Source of the DNA: an uncultured bacterium
Lineage (GTDB): Bacteria > Bacillota_I > Bacilli_A > RF39 > UBA660
Length of the DNA: 57,600 bases
Direction: 5' to 3'
Assembly: GCA_900314465.1 (NCBI GenBank)
Contig: OMVK01000017.1
Coordinates: 1 to 57,600 of the forward strand
In this document: one piece after another, positions 38,402-48,048 of the stretch
How positions within the stretch are numbered: the stretch's first letter is position 1
Layout: each line of letters opens with the position of its first letter
Made by a program: the position numbers and the translations under genes
Notes under the pieces: model-generated
What the model saw: only the letters and a program-made list of their open reading frames with translations
The model's database searches: none
What the model was told of the DNA's origin: nothing

Positions 38402-39014
38402 AATTAGCTTCTCCGATACCTTTTACCTTCTTGATATCTTCAATAGATGTAAAAGGATTACTATTGCGATATTCAATAATAGCATTAGCTTTAGTTTCAC
38501 CTATTCCATTTAAACTCATAAGTTCACTTTTAGAAGCAGTATTAATATTAACAATCTTGTTACTTGTATTACTACTACCATTATTATTACTTTTATTAGA
38601 ATAACTAGAATTAGTATATCTAGTTGCTCTTATCTTAGTTGTTGTTATATCATTTTTGTTACTTACATATATAACCATACCTTTACTAACATTTTCAGAT
38701 AAATTAATATCATCAGTATAAGCATTACTCTTAAAACCACCAGCAGCTTTTATAATCTCATCGACAATCATATTACTGTTAGCATGATACACTCCAGGAT
38801 TTGAAACACATCCCTTAACTTCAACATAAAATTCTTCCATACTTGTTGTACTAGTAGTCTCCTTAGTTTCTTCAACAAAAGCAATATCATCATTAATATT
38901 ATCATTATTACTTAAACTATTTAATCTATAAATAATAATAGAACTAATACTTATAACTAATAAGATACCAATTACAATAAATACTTTTTTATTTTTAATA
39001 TTCATTTTTATCAT
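38367..39014 (-). CDS. comEA: Competence DNA receptor ComEA (TM + SLBB + helix-hairpin-helix)
   Basis: 215 aa. N-terminal TM. YVEVKGCVSNPGVYH (SLBB). NINTASKSELMSLNGIGETKANAIIEYR...KGIGEANFAKIKDYI (HhH). Confidence 0.9.
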   Translation of the reverse strand: MIKMNIKNKKVFIVIGILLVISISSIIIYRLNSLSNNDNINDDIAFVEETKETTSTTSMEEFYVEVKGCVSNPGVYHANSNMIVDEIIKAAGGFKSNAYTDDINLSENVSKGMVIYVSNKNDITTTKIRATRYTNSSYSNKSNNNGSSNTSNKIVNINTASKSELMSLNGIGETKANAIIEYRNSNPFTSIEDIKKVKGIGEANFAKIKDYITVN

Positions 39015-39051
39015 CTCCTAATATATTATTAAAAGATAATATTAATTTTAC

Positions 39052-39086
39052 TTAAAAAAAATAGAATTATTTTAAAATTCTATTTC
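39052..39086 (-). terminator. Rho-independent terminator after the disrupted gene
   Basis: aaatagaatt (39059-39068) / aattctattt (39076-39085) spanning the TAG stop at 39080-39082. Plus-strand A-run 39053-39060 gives the U-run on the minus strand. Confidence 0.65.
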
Positions 39087-41889
39087 TTTTCATGTTCACT
39101 TACTTTATATTTTTTAGAAGCAATTACTTTCATTATTTTACCAGTATCAAATGATTTGTCTATTTCACTTAATTCTTTATTAACTAATGAACGTTTATTA
39201 TACTGCCTAAAGTTATATAATGAACATTTTTTAGTATTTATATCTTCGTCTCCACCAAGATGAAAACCAGGTCCAAATGAAGGATCAATGGTAACCCCAC
39301 CTACATCAGGTTTACCCTCAGAATCTATTTTCATTATTTTTAACTCAGAACCTATTTTACAATGAGAAATAGTATTAAATTTTGTATTAACACCTTTACT
39401 TTCACATAAATCGCAATATGCTTTTCTTGCTTCACAATACATATCGACATTTTTCTTTAAATTTTCTGGCATATAGGCTAAATGAATTAAAAAAGCTTCC
39501 TTAAATTTATCAGAATAAATTACTAAAACATAATTATTATGTGAATCAATTTGAATTTCCGCAATAAAACGATATTTATTAAAGAAATCTAATTTTTGTG
39601 TATTAGTTATTAAACCCAATATATTATAACTATCACTTTTGTTGTCTAATAATAAAGACAAATTTTCAAACATTAATTTTTGTCCAAGAACAGCCTTCGC
39701 TCTAAATGATAGATTAACTCTCATTAAATACTTATTTAATCTTTCAAATTTTTTATGTGACTCATCAACATAAGAATCATGCTCATAATCTGTTAAATTA
39801 GAATAACTCTTTTCCATTGAATAAACAGTATTAGGTAATAAACTAATTAACTTATCTACTATATTTGAAATATTATTTATAGCTTTTTCTTTACATTCTT
39901 CTTTATTATTATTCGTTTTATCATTATCAATACAAGTAATAATTGTGTTTAATAAATCATTATATAATTGATTTATTTCTGCTTTACCTTCGTCTAAAGA
40001 ACCAGATTTTAATTCGTTAATTCTATCTATTTTTTTACAATTATCATTAGTACAACTAAGTAATCCTTCAAAACTACCAATACTCAATCCATATTCCATT
40101 TGTAAATTATTTAAATTTCTAACCATAGATCGTATCTTATCTTTTTCTTTTTTACATGTATCATAATCAATACAATTATCAAGTAAATCATAAATTACAT
40201 CTTGATCATAACCTCTATGAGCAAACTTATTTAAATCAAATATAGAATATATTGTTTTATCAAGCATATCATAATCGGAATTATTAGAAAAAATAACATC
40301 TTTTCTTAATTGATTTGCCTCTTTTGATTCAAAATACTGCTGATTTCCATTATTAATTGCAGCAGACATATATCCTAGAAAATCTTTATAGCTATCCATA
40401 AAACTATTATAGTCTATCTTACCATAACTCATTTCTTTGATTTGATTTTCAAAACCATCTAGCATATTATTTAACATTCTATAATATTGAATTGTTTCTT
40501 TATCTGTCAGTAAATCTGGTATAATTCTATTTCTTAAATATTTTAAAATTATACTTTCTTTAGAATTGGATTTACCATCAAAATCATCTATATATCCATT
40601 CTTATAAGCATTTCCATAATAAGACTTTATTATATAATTTTTTTCGTCGTGATTTTTAATTTCCAATGCATTAACACTATAAGGATCAATTGATAGCATA
40701 AACTTCATGGCTTTATCAAAATCATCATTTTCTTTAGAATCATAAATACATTTTGGAAAATTGTTATTCAAAAAATTAATAATATTAAATAATTTATTTT
40801 CATCAAAATTATCATTATTAATATATTCTAGTAAATTATTATAGTTTTGAGGAACTTTTTTTCATCTAATATGTAATAATAAATTATTCCAAACATTATT
40901 TTTCCACAAAACATATTTTTTAATATTGTATATTTATCAATAATACTTATTGAATTATTATCATCTAATTTAATCGAATCAACAAAAGTATCTAAAGCCC
41001 TTCTATAATCAACATTATAACTAACTTTTGATAATAAATTATATATTTTACTATCATAACTATTAAGTTTCTTATATATTGAATATTTTATTGGATTTAA
41101 TTCTTTATATTTGTCAATATCAGAAAAAAGTGTATTATTAAATTTATCAATATTTTTTATATAAATTGTTTCAAGACTAGAAGCTAAATTACCATTAGTT
41201 ATTTTTTCTCGTTGTTTACTAATAATACTTTTAATATCATTACCATTACCCTGAGTCATATATAATAAATTCGTTAAAATTATACAATCAATGAGATAGT
41301 TTAATTTACCTGGATCTTTTTCACTATCAAAAGACAATGATTCTAATAAAGTTAATGATTCAAGCTTATAGTCATCTGATTTATCTGATTTAATAATATC
41401 TAAAACATATGATTTAAATGCATCTTCAGTAATTTCAATATTACTATTAAAGAATAATTCTTTTAATTTACTTTCAGAAAATACATTTCTATTTTTTCCT
41501 AAAGCTAATTGATTAAAATTATTAGAAACATTATTAAAATTAATCTTAGATAATAATTAACATATTTTACATTTATTTCTATCAATATTAATTTCATAAG
41601 CAACTGATGTTAAAATCTTAAAAAAATTATTTAAATTTTTAATTTTACTATAATCAACTTTATCCAAGTATGAATCAATTCCATGTTCGTTCATTTCTCT
41701 AATATCAAAAGTTATATTACCTATTGTTATACTTGTTAGACTACTACAACCCAAAAATGCTTCATTTCCTATTGTTGTTACACTTTTTGGTATTGTTACA
41801 TTATCATTTTTCCCATTATATCTTATTAATACACCATTTTTATCTATTTCAAATTCACTTTTCAAATAATCTGTATTCAATATGAACAC
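39080..41889 (-). pseudogene. Disrupted large gene (about 936 codons) with an N-terminal BspA-type leucine-rich repeat; three ORF-track pieces joined by one in-frame TAA and one -1 frame change
   Basis: ORFs 41557-41889 and 40828-41337 are in the same frame. The 73 codons between them (41338-41556) contain no stop and no ATG, and are separated from the first piece only by TAA at 41557-41559. ORF 39080-40771 is open upstream to 40861 in the -1 frame, overlapping the end of the middle piece at an A7 run. N-terminus VTIPKSVTTIGNEAFLGCSSLTSITIGN is LRR_5/BspA-like. Own extended -10 (TGATATACT) and terminator present. Confidence 0.6.
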
Positions 41890-41926
41890 CTACTTCTATT
41901 ATTACTATAAGTAGTATATCATATTT

Positions 41927-41960
41927 ATAAAAAAAACATGAAACTATTATATTCCATGTT
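41927..41960 (-). terminator. Rho-independent terminator after the M16 peptidase pair
   Basis: Minus strand ACAUGGAA-loop-UUUCAUGU (one G-U) followed by U8 (plus-strand A-run 41928-41935). Confidence 0.7.
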
Positions 41961-41970
41961 TATATCTATC

Positions 41971-43275
41971 TTATTTACCATTAGGTAACATTGTAACTAT
42001 AGCTTGATTATTAATATTAATTAACTTAATAACTTCTAAACACTTATCATAATCTAAATTATTAATTAACTTAATTTCATTAGTACTAATCTCATCATAA
42101 TTAATAATATCATTAGTAAATTTATAATTTAAAGTATCTACTCTATCAAATATATTAATAAAATTAGCAATAAAAATTTTCTTTTTTCTATTAAAATCTT
42201 CTTTAGTAACATTTAAATTATTAATATGTTCTTTACATATATTAATAAATTTATCTAATTGTTCTTGATTATTATTAGTTATTTTACCATATAAAGTTAT
42301 ATTTATAATATTATTTTGTAATGATGTATATCCACCATGATTAACACTTATTTTATATTCATCATCTAGTTTGTATTTAAATTCTGATGTATCACCAAAA
42401 TTACATGCAGTAATTATTTTTATATAATAATCAAGTTCTTTTTTAGTAATATTTAAATTACTAAATCTATCTAATTTATTTTTAATAATAATTCTAACAG
42501 ATGGACTAGAAACTAAACCTTTAGTACTATAATTCTTTCTATTAACATTTTCATCTTCATCAATAACTTCTCTATTAATCTTAAATGGTTTACTAAAACT
42601 TAATTTACTAAATACATCATTAATAATATTCATAGTACTATCAATATTAACATTACCTGTTATTAATAATGTCATATTAGATGGATGATAAAAAGTATTA
42701 TAAGCACTATTAATATCATCACTATTAATATTCTTTATATCATCTAAACTACCTTCAACTTTAATTTTATAATGTAATTTATTATAAACAGATTCGTTTA
42801 CTTCATCATGTAATGCTCTATAAGGATCATCTATATAGCCCTTAGCTTCTGATAATATTACTCCTCTTTCTCTTTCAATATTTTCTTCTGGAAAATATGG
42901 ATGATATACATAATTAATAAGTAATCTTAAAGCGTCATCATAATTATTATTACCATAAGCAACAAAGCAAGTTATATCATTAGAAGTATAAGCATTAGAT
43001 GATATTTGTAACTTTTCAAACTCATCTAAGATATTTACTTTATTTTCTTTATGAAACATTAAATGTTCAAGAAAATGTGCAGTACCAGGATGTATATTAT
43101 GATATTCTTTTTCATTATCTTTTTTAAACTTTAAATCATTAGAACCATATTTAGTAAATAAACTTAAATAAAAATTACTAACATTATTATTAGGAATAAT
43201 ATATACATTTAAACCATTATCTAATTTCTTATAATATAATTTATCATCTAAATCATAAAACTTATTTTCTATCAT
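41971..43275 (-). CDS. M16 family zinc peptidase (insulinase-like), catalytic subunit
   Basis: 434 aa. HxxEH zinc motif in GTAHFLEHLMFHKENK. Overlaps the upstream partner by 14 nt. Confidence 0.88.
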   Translation of the reverse strand: MIENKFYDLDDKLYYKKLDNGLNVYIIPNNNVSNFYLSLFTKYGSNDLKFKKDNEKEYHNIHPGTAHFLEHLMFHKENKVNILDEFEKLQISSNAYTSNDITCFVAYGNNNYDDALRLLINYVYHPYFPEENIERERGVILSEAKGYIDDPYRALHDEVNESVYNKLHYKIKVEGSLDDIKNINSDDINSAYNTFYHPSNMTLLITGNVNIDSTMNIINDVFSKLSFSKPFKINREVIDEDENVNRKNYSTKGLVSSPSVRIIIKNKLDRFSNLNITKKELDYYIKIITACNFGDTSEFKYKLDDEYKISVNHGGYTSLQNNIINITLYGKITNNNQEQLDKFINICKEHINNLNVTKEDFNRKKKIFIANFINIFDRVDTLNYKFTNDIINYDEISTNEIKLINNLDYDKCLEVIKLININNQAIVTMLPNGK

Positions 43276-44497
43276 TATTATTACTCCCTTCTAATACATA
43301 AGTAATTTTCTTATTAAGTAATTTATATTTATCTTTAACTTCTTCTAAAGTAACTTTATTATATGAATCTATATATTCATCTAAACTAATATTATAAATA
43401 TAATCAAGTCTAAAATATAAAGATATAATTCTATTTAAACTATTAAAAGTATCTTTAATAGAATTATTATAATATTTAATAGCGTTATTAAATTCATCAT
43501 TACTTATATTATCTTTCATTTCTTTAACAGTATCATCAATTAACTTTAAAGACTTATCTACATCAGTAACTGAAGTAGAAATAGATAACATATTATTACT
43601 ATTAGAATATTTTGAATAAGCACCATAACATAAAGAATTCTTATTTCTTAAATTATCAAATAATTTAGCTGATGAACTACCACCTAATATATAATTAAAT
43701 ATTCTAGTACTAGCATTATATTTACTATCACAATTTAAATAATATTTAATAATAATCTTAGATTCCATACTATTACCTGACTCTTTAACACTTACTATCT
43801 CAGGCTCATAATCAAATTTATAATCTATATTACCCTTTAAATTATTAGTAAACTTATTATATGTTTTTATATCTTTAATATCTTTATCAGTAAAATTACC
43901 TGCTAAAAAGATATCTACATAAGTATCATTCATAAGTAAATTATAACCTTCATTTAACTTATCTACAGTTAAATTATTAACATCTTCTATAATATATTTA
44001 TCTAATATACTCTTCTTATATTTATACTTATCATAATATAAGTCATTAGCATGACTACTTGCAATATAATCAGGGTCTTTCATAGAATTATTATAATTAA
44101 CATTTATTTCTCGATTATAATCTTCAATATATTTTTCTTCATATAATGGATTATTAAGAAAATCAAATAAGAACTTAATAACTTCATGATTGAGATCTTC
44201 TTTAAAATATTTAGGATTAATATAATTAATATTAATACCATAATATCTTAAACTACCTATTCTTGAATCAAAAGTATTAAGATATACATTATATAAATCT
44301 TCTAATTTTAAATTTAATTCTCTTCTATTTTTAAAAAATTTACTACCATATTCAAGTATTTCTAATGCATTACATATATTATTATCATTATCATCTATTT
44401 TTCTTCTAAAATATATTCTAATAACATTATTTCTAAATTTATTTGTTTTAATTAAATGAATATTATAATTATTTCTTTCAATTATTTCTTCTTTCAT
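43262..44497 (-). CDS. M16 family peptidase-like protein, non-catalytic partner
   Basis: ATG at 44495-44497 with GAGGGA upstream. M16 fold pattern, but the HxxEH position reads NALEILEYG (no His). Confidence 0.75.
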   Translation of the reverse strand: MKEEIIERNNYNIHLIKTNKFRNNVIRIYFRRKIDDNDNNICNALEILEYGSKFFKNRRELNLKLEDLYNVYLNTFDSRIGSLRYYGININYINPKYFKEDLNHEVIKFLFDFLNNPLYEEKYIEDYNREINVNYNNSMKDPDYIASSHANDLYYDKYKYKKSILDKYIIEDVNNLTVDKLNEGYNLLMNDTYVDIFLAGNFTDKDIKDIKTYNKFTNNLKGNIDYKFDYEPEIVSVKESGNSMESKIIIKYYLNCDSKYNASTRIFNYILGGSSSAKLFDNLRNKNSLCYGAYSKYSNSNNMLSISTSVTDVDKSLKLIDDTVKEMKDNISNDEFNNAIKYYNNSIKDTFNSLNRIISLYFRLDYIYNISLDEYIDSYNKVTLEEVKDKYKLLNKKITYVLEGSNNNDRK

Positions 44498-44578
44498 ATT
44501 TACATATCCCTCATTCAACTAATTTATATTGTAACATAATTATGATAAAATAAATAATATAATAAAGGAAGTGTTGAT

Positions 44579-45298
44579 ATGGAACCTGTACATATAGTTA
44601 CAGATAAAGAAAATATTGCAAATATTGTATTATTACCAGGAGACCCACTAAGAGCAAAATATATCGCAGAAAACTTTTTAACTGATGCCAAATTAGTTAA
44701 TACAATTAGAAATATGTTTGCTTATACAGGTACTTATAAAGGACATAAAATAACAGTCATGGGTTCTGGTATGGGTATGCCTAGCATGGGAATATATTCT
44801 TATGAATTATTTCATTTTTATAATGTTGATAGAATTATTAGAATAGGTACATCTGGTTCTAATAAACCTGAAATAAAAGTTGGTGATACTATTCTTTCAA
44901 CTGGTGCATATACTCCATCTAATTTTGCATATCAATGGGGTAAATATAATGATCACTTTTTAAAGACTAATGAACATTTAAATGAATTAGTAAGAAGTAC
45001 TGCTAAAGAGGAAAATATAGCATTAAAAGAAGGACCAACTCTTACAAGTGATGTCTTTGATGTTTATTCAGATATTGAACATATTAGACAAGAGTGCCCA
45101 ATTAACGACGAATTAGTAGCAACAGAAATGGAAGCATTCGGTTTGTTACATGTAGCAAGAATTGAACATAAAGAAGCAACTGTCTTAATGACTGTCGTAG
45201 ATTCTAAGTTTGAACCTGAAATGCAAGTAACACCAGAAGAAAGACAAACAAAATTAAATAACATGATTAAACTTGCACTTGATTCCATAATAAAATAA
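44579..45298 (+). CDS. deoD: Purine nucleoside phosphorylase, DeoD type
   Basis: 239 aa. LLPGDPLRAKYIAENFL, GSGMGMPSMGIYSYEL, IRIGTSGS, ATEMEAFGL. Confidence 0.93.
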   Translation: MEPVHIVTDKENIANIVLLPGDPLRAKYIAENFLTDAKLVNTIRNMFAYTGTYKGHKITVMGSGMGMPSMGIYSYELFHFYNVDRIIRIGTSGSNKPEIKVGDTILSTGAYTPSNFAYQWGKYNDHFLKTNEHLNELVRSTAKEENIALKEGPTLTSDVFDVYSDIEHIRQECPINDELVATEMEAFGLLHVARIEHKEATVLMTVVDSKFEPEMQVTPEERQTKLNNMIKLALDSIIK

Positions 45299-45324
45299 GT
45301 TCTAGATTAACCTAGAACTTTTTT
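45298..45324 (+). terminator. Rho-independent terminator after deoD
   Basis: agttctag (45298-45305) / ctagaact (45312-45319) with a 6-nt loop, then T5. Abuts the stop of the convergent fur-family gene. Confidence 0.75.
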
Positions 45325-45712
45325 ATTGACAATTTTTACATATACCTTCGATAATCAATGAATGCCTAATAACCTTAAAACCATTAATATTACTATTATT
45401 CTTATTATCATCAAAAGGACATTTATCTATTTCTTGAATAGAACCACATTTTAAACATTTCATATAATGCTTATGTTCATCACTAATAACATAAATAATT
45501 TGATTATCTTTACCTATTATTTTTTCTAATATACCATTTTCATATAATATATTTAATATACGATATATGGTACTTTTATCCATATCAGTAATCTTACTAG
45601 AAATATTCTTAATGCTACTATTAAGTCCTAAGATATTGATCATATCTAATATTTCTATTCTCTGTTTAGTAACTTTCAAATTATTATTTTTTAAAATATC
45701 AATACTATTCAT
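45323..45712 (-). CDS. Fur family metalloregulator (Fur/Zur/PerR type not resolved)
   Basis: 129 aa. Winged helix KVTKQRIEILDMI..STIYRILNILYENGIL. HKHYMKCLKCG and CKNC paired CxxC. Start abuts the stop of the upstream permease gene. Confidence 0.88.
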   Translation of the reverse strand: MNSIDILKNNNLKVTKQRIEILDMINILGLNSSIKNISSKITDMDKSTIYRILNILYENGILEKIIGKDNQIIYVISDEHKHYMKCLKCGSIQEIDKCPFDDNKNNSNINGFKVIRHSLIIEGICKNCQ

Positions 45713-46552
45713 TTATACACCTATTACATTCATTAACATACCTATAATACTACCAATTAAATAAATAATTAACATAATATTAATATTCTCTTTGATATTT
45801 TTATTATTCTTAAATAAGACAAGTAGTCCAACACCAGCACCAGTAAGTAGACCACCAATACATGTACCCATGGTAATTACACCTTTTAAATATAATTCAG
45901 TAATCATAACAGAAGCTGCACAATTAGGTATTAAACCAACTAGTGAAGATAAGAATGATGCAAATATATTATCTTTTAAAAATAATTTACCAATCATATC
46001 TTCATTAACATATGAAAATAATAAATTAAGTGCAAATGTAATAATAACTATATAAAGTAGAGTCTTAAATGTATGTATTATACTAGATTTAATAATTGAT
46101 TCATCACAATCACATTTCTCTTCATCACATACATGATAATCTTTTTTATTAAATTTAGGATGATATATTAAATCAATAATAATACCTGATATCATACCAA
46201 TAATTATTTTAGATAATACTATTACTAAGATATCTTTAATATTTGCATTACTAGATATAAGTATAGGTAACATTTCATCACTAGTAGATAAATATATACT
46301 AATTAAAGTACCTAAAGATATAATTCGTGCAACATATAAATTAGATGCAAGTACACTAAAACCACATTGAGGTATCGCACCAAGTAAACTACCTACTATC
46401 GGACCAAATTTAGTATTAGTAATCTTATCAGTCATTTTTTTTGATAAATTATGTTCAACTAATTCCATTAATAAAAATGCTATAAATAAAAATGGTATTA
46501 ATTTTAAAGCATCAATTAGTGTATCTTTAATAACATCAATAAACAACTCCAT
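45713..46552 (-). CDS. Multi-pass permease resembling the putative 10-TM heavy-metal exporter family (ArsP_2/DUF2899-like, from memory)
   Basis: ATG at 46550-46552 with GGAG 8 nt upstream. GAIPQCGFSV and GLIPNCAASV pseudo-repeat motifs. Central Cys/acidic loop YHVCDEEKCDCDES. Co-oriented with and abutting the Fur-family gene. Confidence 0.6.
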   Translation of the reverse strand: MELFIDVIKDTLIDALKLIPFLFIAFLLMELVEHNLSKKMTDKITNTKFGPIVGSLLGAIPQCGFSVLASNLYVARIISLGTLISIYLSTSDEMLPILISSNANIKDILVIVLSKIIIGMISGIIIDLIYHPKFNKKDYHVCDEEKCDCDESIIKSSIIHTFKTLLYIVIITFALNLLFSYVNEDMIGKLFLKDNIFASFLSSLVGLIPNCAASVMITELYLKGVITMGTCIGGLLTGAGVGLLVLFKNNKNIKENINIMLIIYLIGSIIGMLMNVIGV

Positions 46553-46566
46553 ACAATCACTCCAAA

Positions 46567-46616
46567 TGCAAAATATTTGCAATTAACAATATAATACAAA
46601 TGCAAATAAATTGCAA
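46567..46616 (-). promoter_or_regulatory. Promoter with two palindromic operator-like boxes upstream of the permease / Fur-family operon
   Basis: tgcaaa-ata-tttgca (46567-46581) and tgcaa-ataaa-ttgca (46601-46615), 34 bp apart. Minus strand TTGCAA (46616-46611), 17 nt, TATATT (46593-46588). One box overlaps the -35 and spacer; the other lies just downstream of the -10. Confidence 0.6.
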
Positions 46617-46646
46617 CAAAAAACTATAAGAATATAAATCTTATAG

Positions 46647-48029
46647 TTATTTCATTTGATTAAGTATACCTACTACTTCCATAAATTCATTTTGTATTAG
46701 TTTAAGATCTCTCTTAGTAGTTGCTTCAAATCTTAAAGTTAAATTAGGTCCAGTATTTGATGCTCTAACTAAAGCCCAACTATTTTTCTTAATTACTTTA
46801 ATACCATCAATAGTTTCATAAGTATATTTATGTAAATCAGCATATTCTTTAACACCAGTTACTACCTTCCATTTCTTTTCATCAGTAGTCTTAACTTTTA
46901 TTTCTTCGGTATTGTAGTATTTTGGTAACACTTTAACAAGTTCACTTAATTTAGCATTAGTATGTGTTAAATATTCATGGAATCTAAGTCCTGCATAAAT
47001 ACCATCATCATAACCAGGATGTGAATCATGGAAGAAAATATGATTTGAATATCCTCCACCAAAGTTTAAATTTTGTTCATGCACAATTTGTTCTTCACGT
47101 GCACTTGAAGGTGTTGTTTCGATATAAGTACCATTATAATATTTAATAGTATCTCTTAATGTATTAGAACATTTAACATCTATTAATATTGGTTTACTAT
47201 TATCTTCTTTTAAGATAGCTGGTGCCATAACCGCCATCATAATATCGGAATCAACAACATGACCTTTTTCATCAACAATACCAATACGATCAGCATCTCC
47301 ATCATAAGCAAGCCCAATATCAGCATGTACTTCGACTACTTTCTTACATAAATCAACTAAATTAGCTTTAACATTAGGATCCGGATGATGATTTGGAAAT
47401 CTAGGATCTGAATCACTATAAATATATGTTACATTAAATGGAAGTTTATCATATATTCTTCTAACAATCGTAGATGCTGTACCATTACCACAATCAATAA
47501 CAACTTTTAAATGTCTATTACCAGGATTAATCTTATTTTGTACATATTTAACATATGATGCATCAATATCTAAGAAATTAATATGACCTAATACTTTACT
47601 AACTCTAGGTTTAAATTTATCAAAATTAATTAAATTATTATATATAACATCAAGCTCTTCATGAGAACAATGTTGATATTCTTTACCAAATAATTTAAAT
47701 CCATTATAATTAGTCGGATTATGAGATGCTGTTACCATAATACCATAACAATTTGCAAGTTTTCTTGAAGCATAATTAAGCATAGGTGTAGTAACTAAAC
47801 CAATATAATGTACATTAACACCAGTACTAATCAAACCCTCGATTAAATTCTTAGTTAAATCAGGACCACCAAAGCGATTATCATGACCAACTACTACAGC
47901 ATTTTCTTTATTTTCTAAAACAAAACTACCAAACACTTTTCCAAGTGCATTAGCAAAATCAGAATTAACTTCATCAGGATAAACACCCCTAATATCAGCT
48001 TCTCTTAAAATATTTTTATTAAATTTCAT
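46647..48029 (-). CDS. Alpha-D-phosphohexomutase (PMM/PGM-like; possible GlmM equivalent by synteny)
   Basis: 460 aa. Active-site VTASHNPTNYNGFKLF, Mg loop GLAYDGDADRIGIVD, N-terminal ADIRGVYP. Confidence 0.85.
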   Translation of the reverse strand: MKFNKNILREADIRGVYPDEVNSDFANALGKVFGSFVLENKENAVVVGHDNRFGGPDLTKNLIEGLISTGVNVHYIGLVTTPMLNYASRKLANCYGIMVTASHNPTNYNGFKLFGKEYQHCSHEELDVIYNNLINFDKFKPRVSKVLGHINFLDIDASYVKYVQNKINPGNRHLKVVIDCGNGTASTIVRRIYDKLPFNVTYIYSDSDPRFPNHHPDPNVKANLVDLCKKVVEVHADIGLAYDGDADRIGIVDEKGHVVDSDIMMAVMAPAILKEDNSKPILIDVKCSNTLRDTIKYYNGTYIETTPSSAREEQIVHEQNLNFGGGYSNHIFFHDSHPGYDDGIYAGLRFHEYLTHTNAKLSELVKVLPKYYNTEEIKVKTTDEKKWKVVTGVKEYADLHKYTYETIDGIKVIKKNSWALVRASNTGPNLTLRFEATTKRDLKLIQNEFMEVVGILNQMK

Positions 48030-48048
48030 AACAACCTCTTATTCATAA

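Noticed and set aside
41557-41559. Possibility that the in-frame TAA, or TGA elsewhere, reflects an alternative genetic code (for example Mollicutes code 4 or stop-codon reassignment).
   Set aside because: TAA, TAG and TGA each terminate conserved genes at the expected length in this window. TAA ends rpsE, rplO and pilD. TAG ends rpsO and rpmJ. TGA ends rplP and the YnbB-like gene in ATGA overlaps. No conserved gene needs read-through, so the standard code 11 fits.
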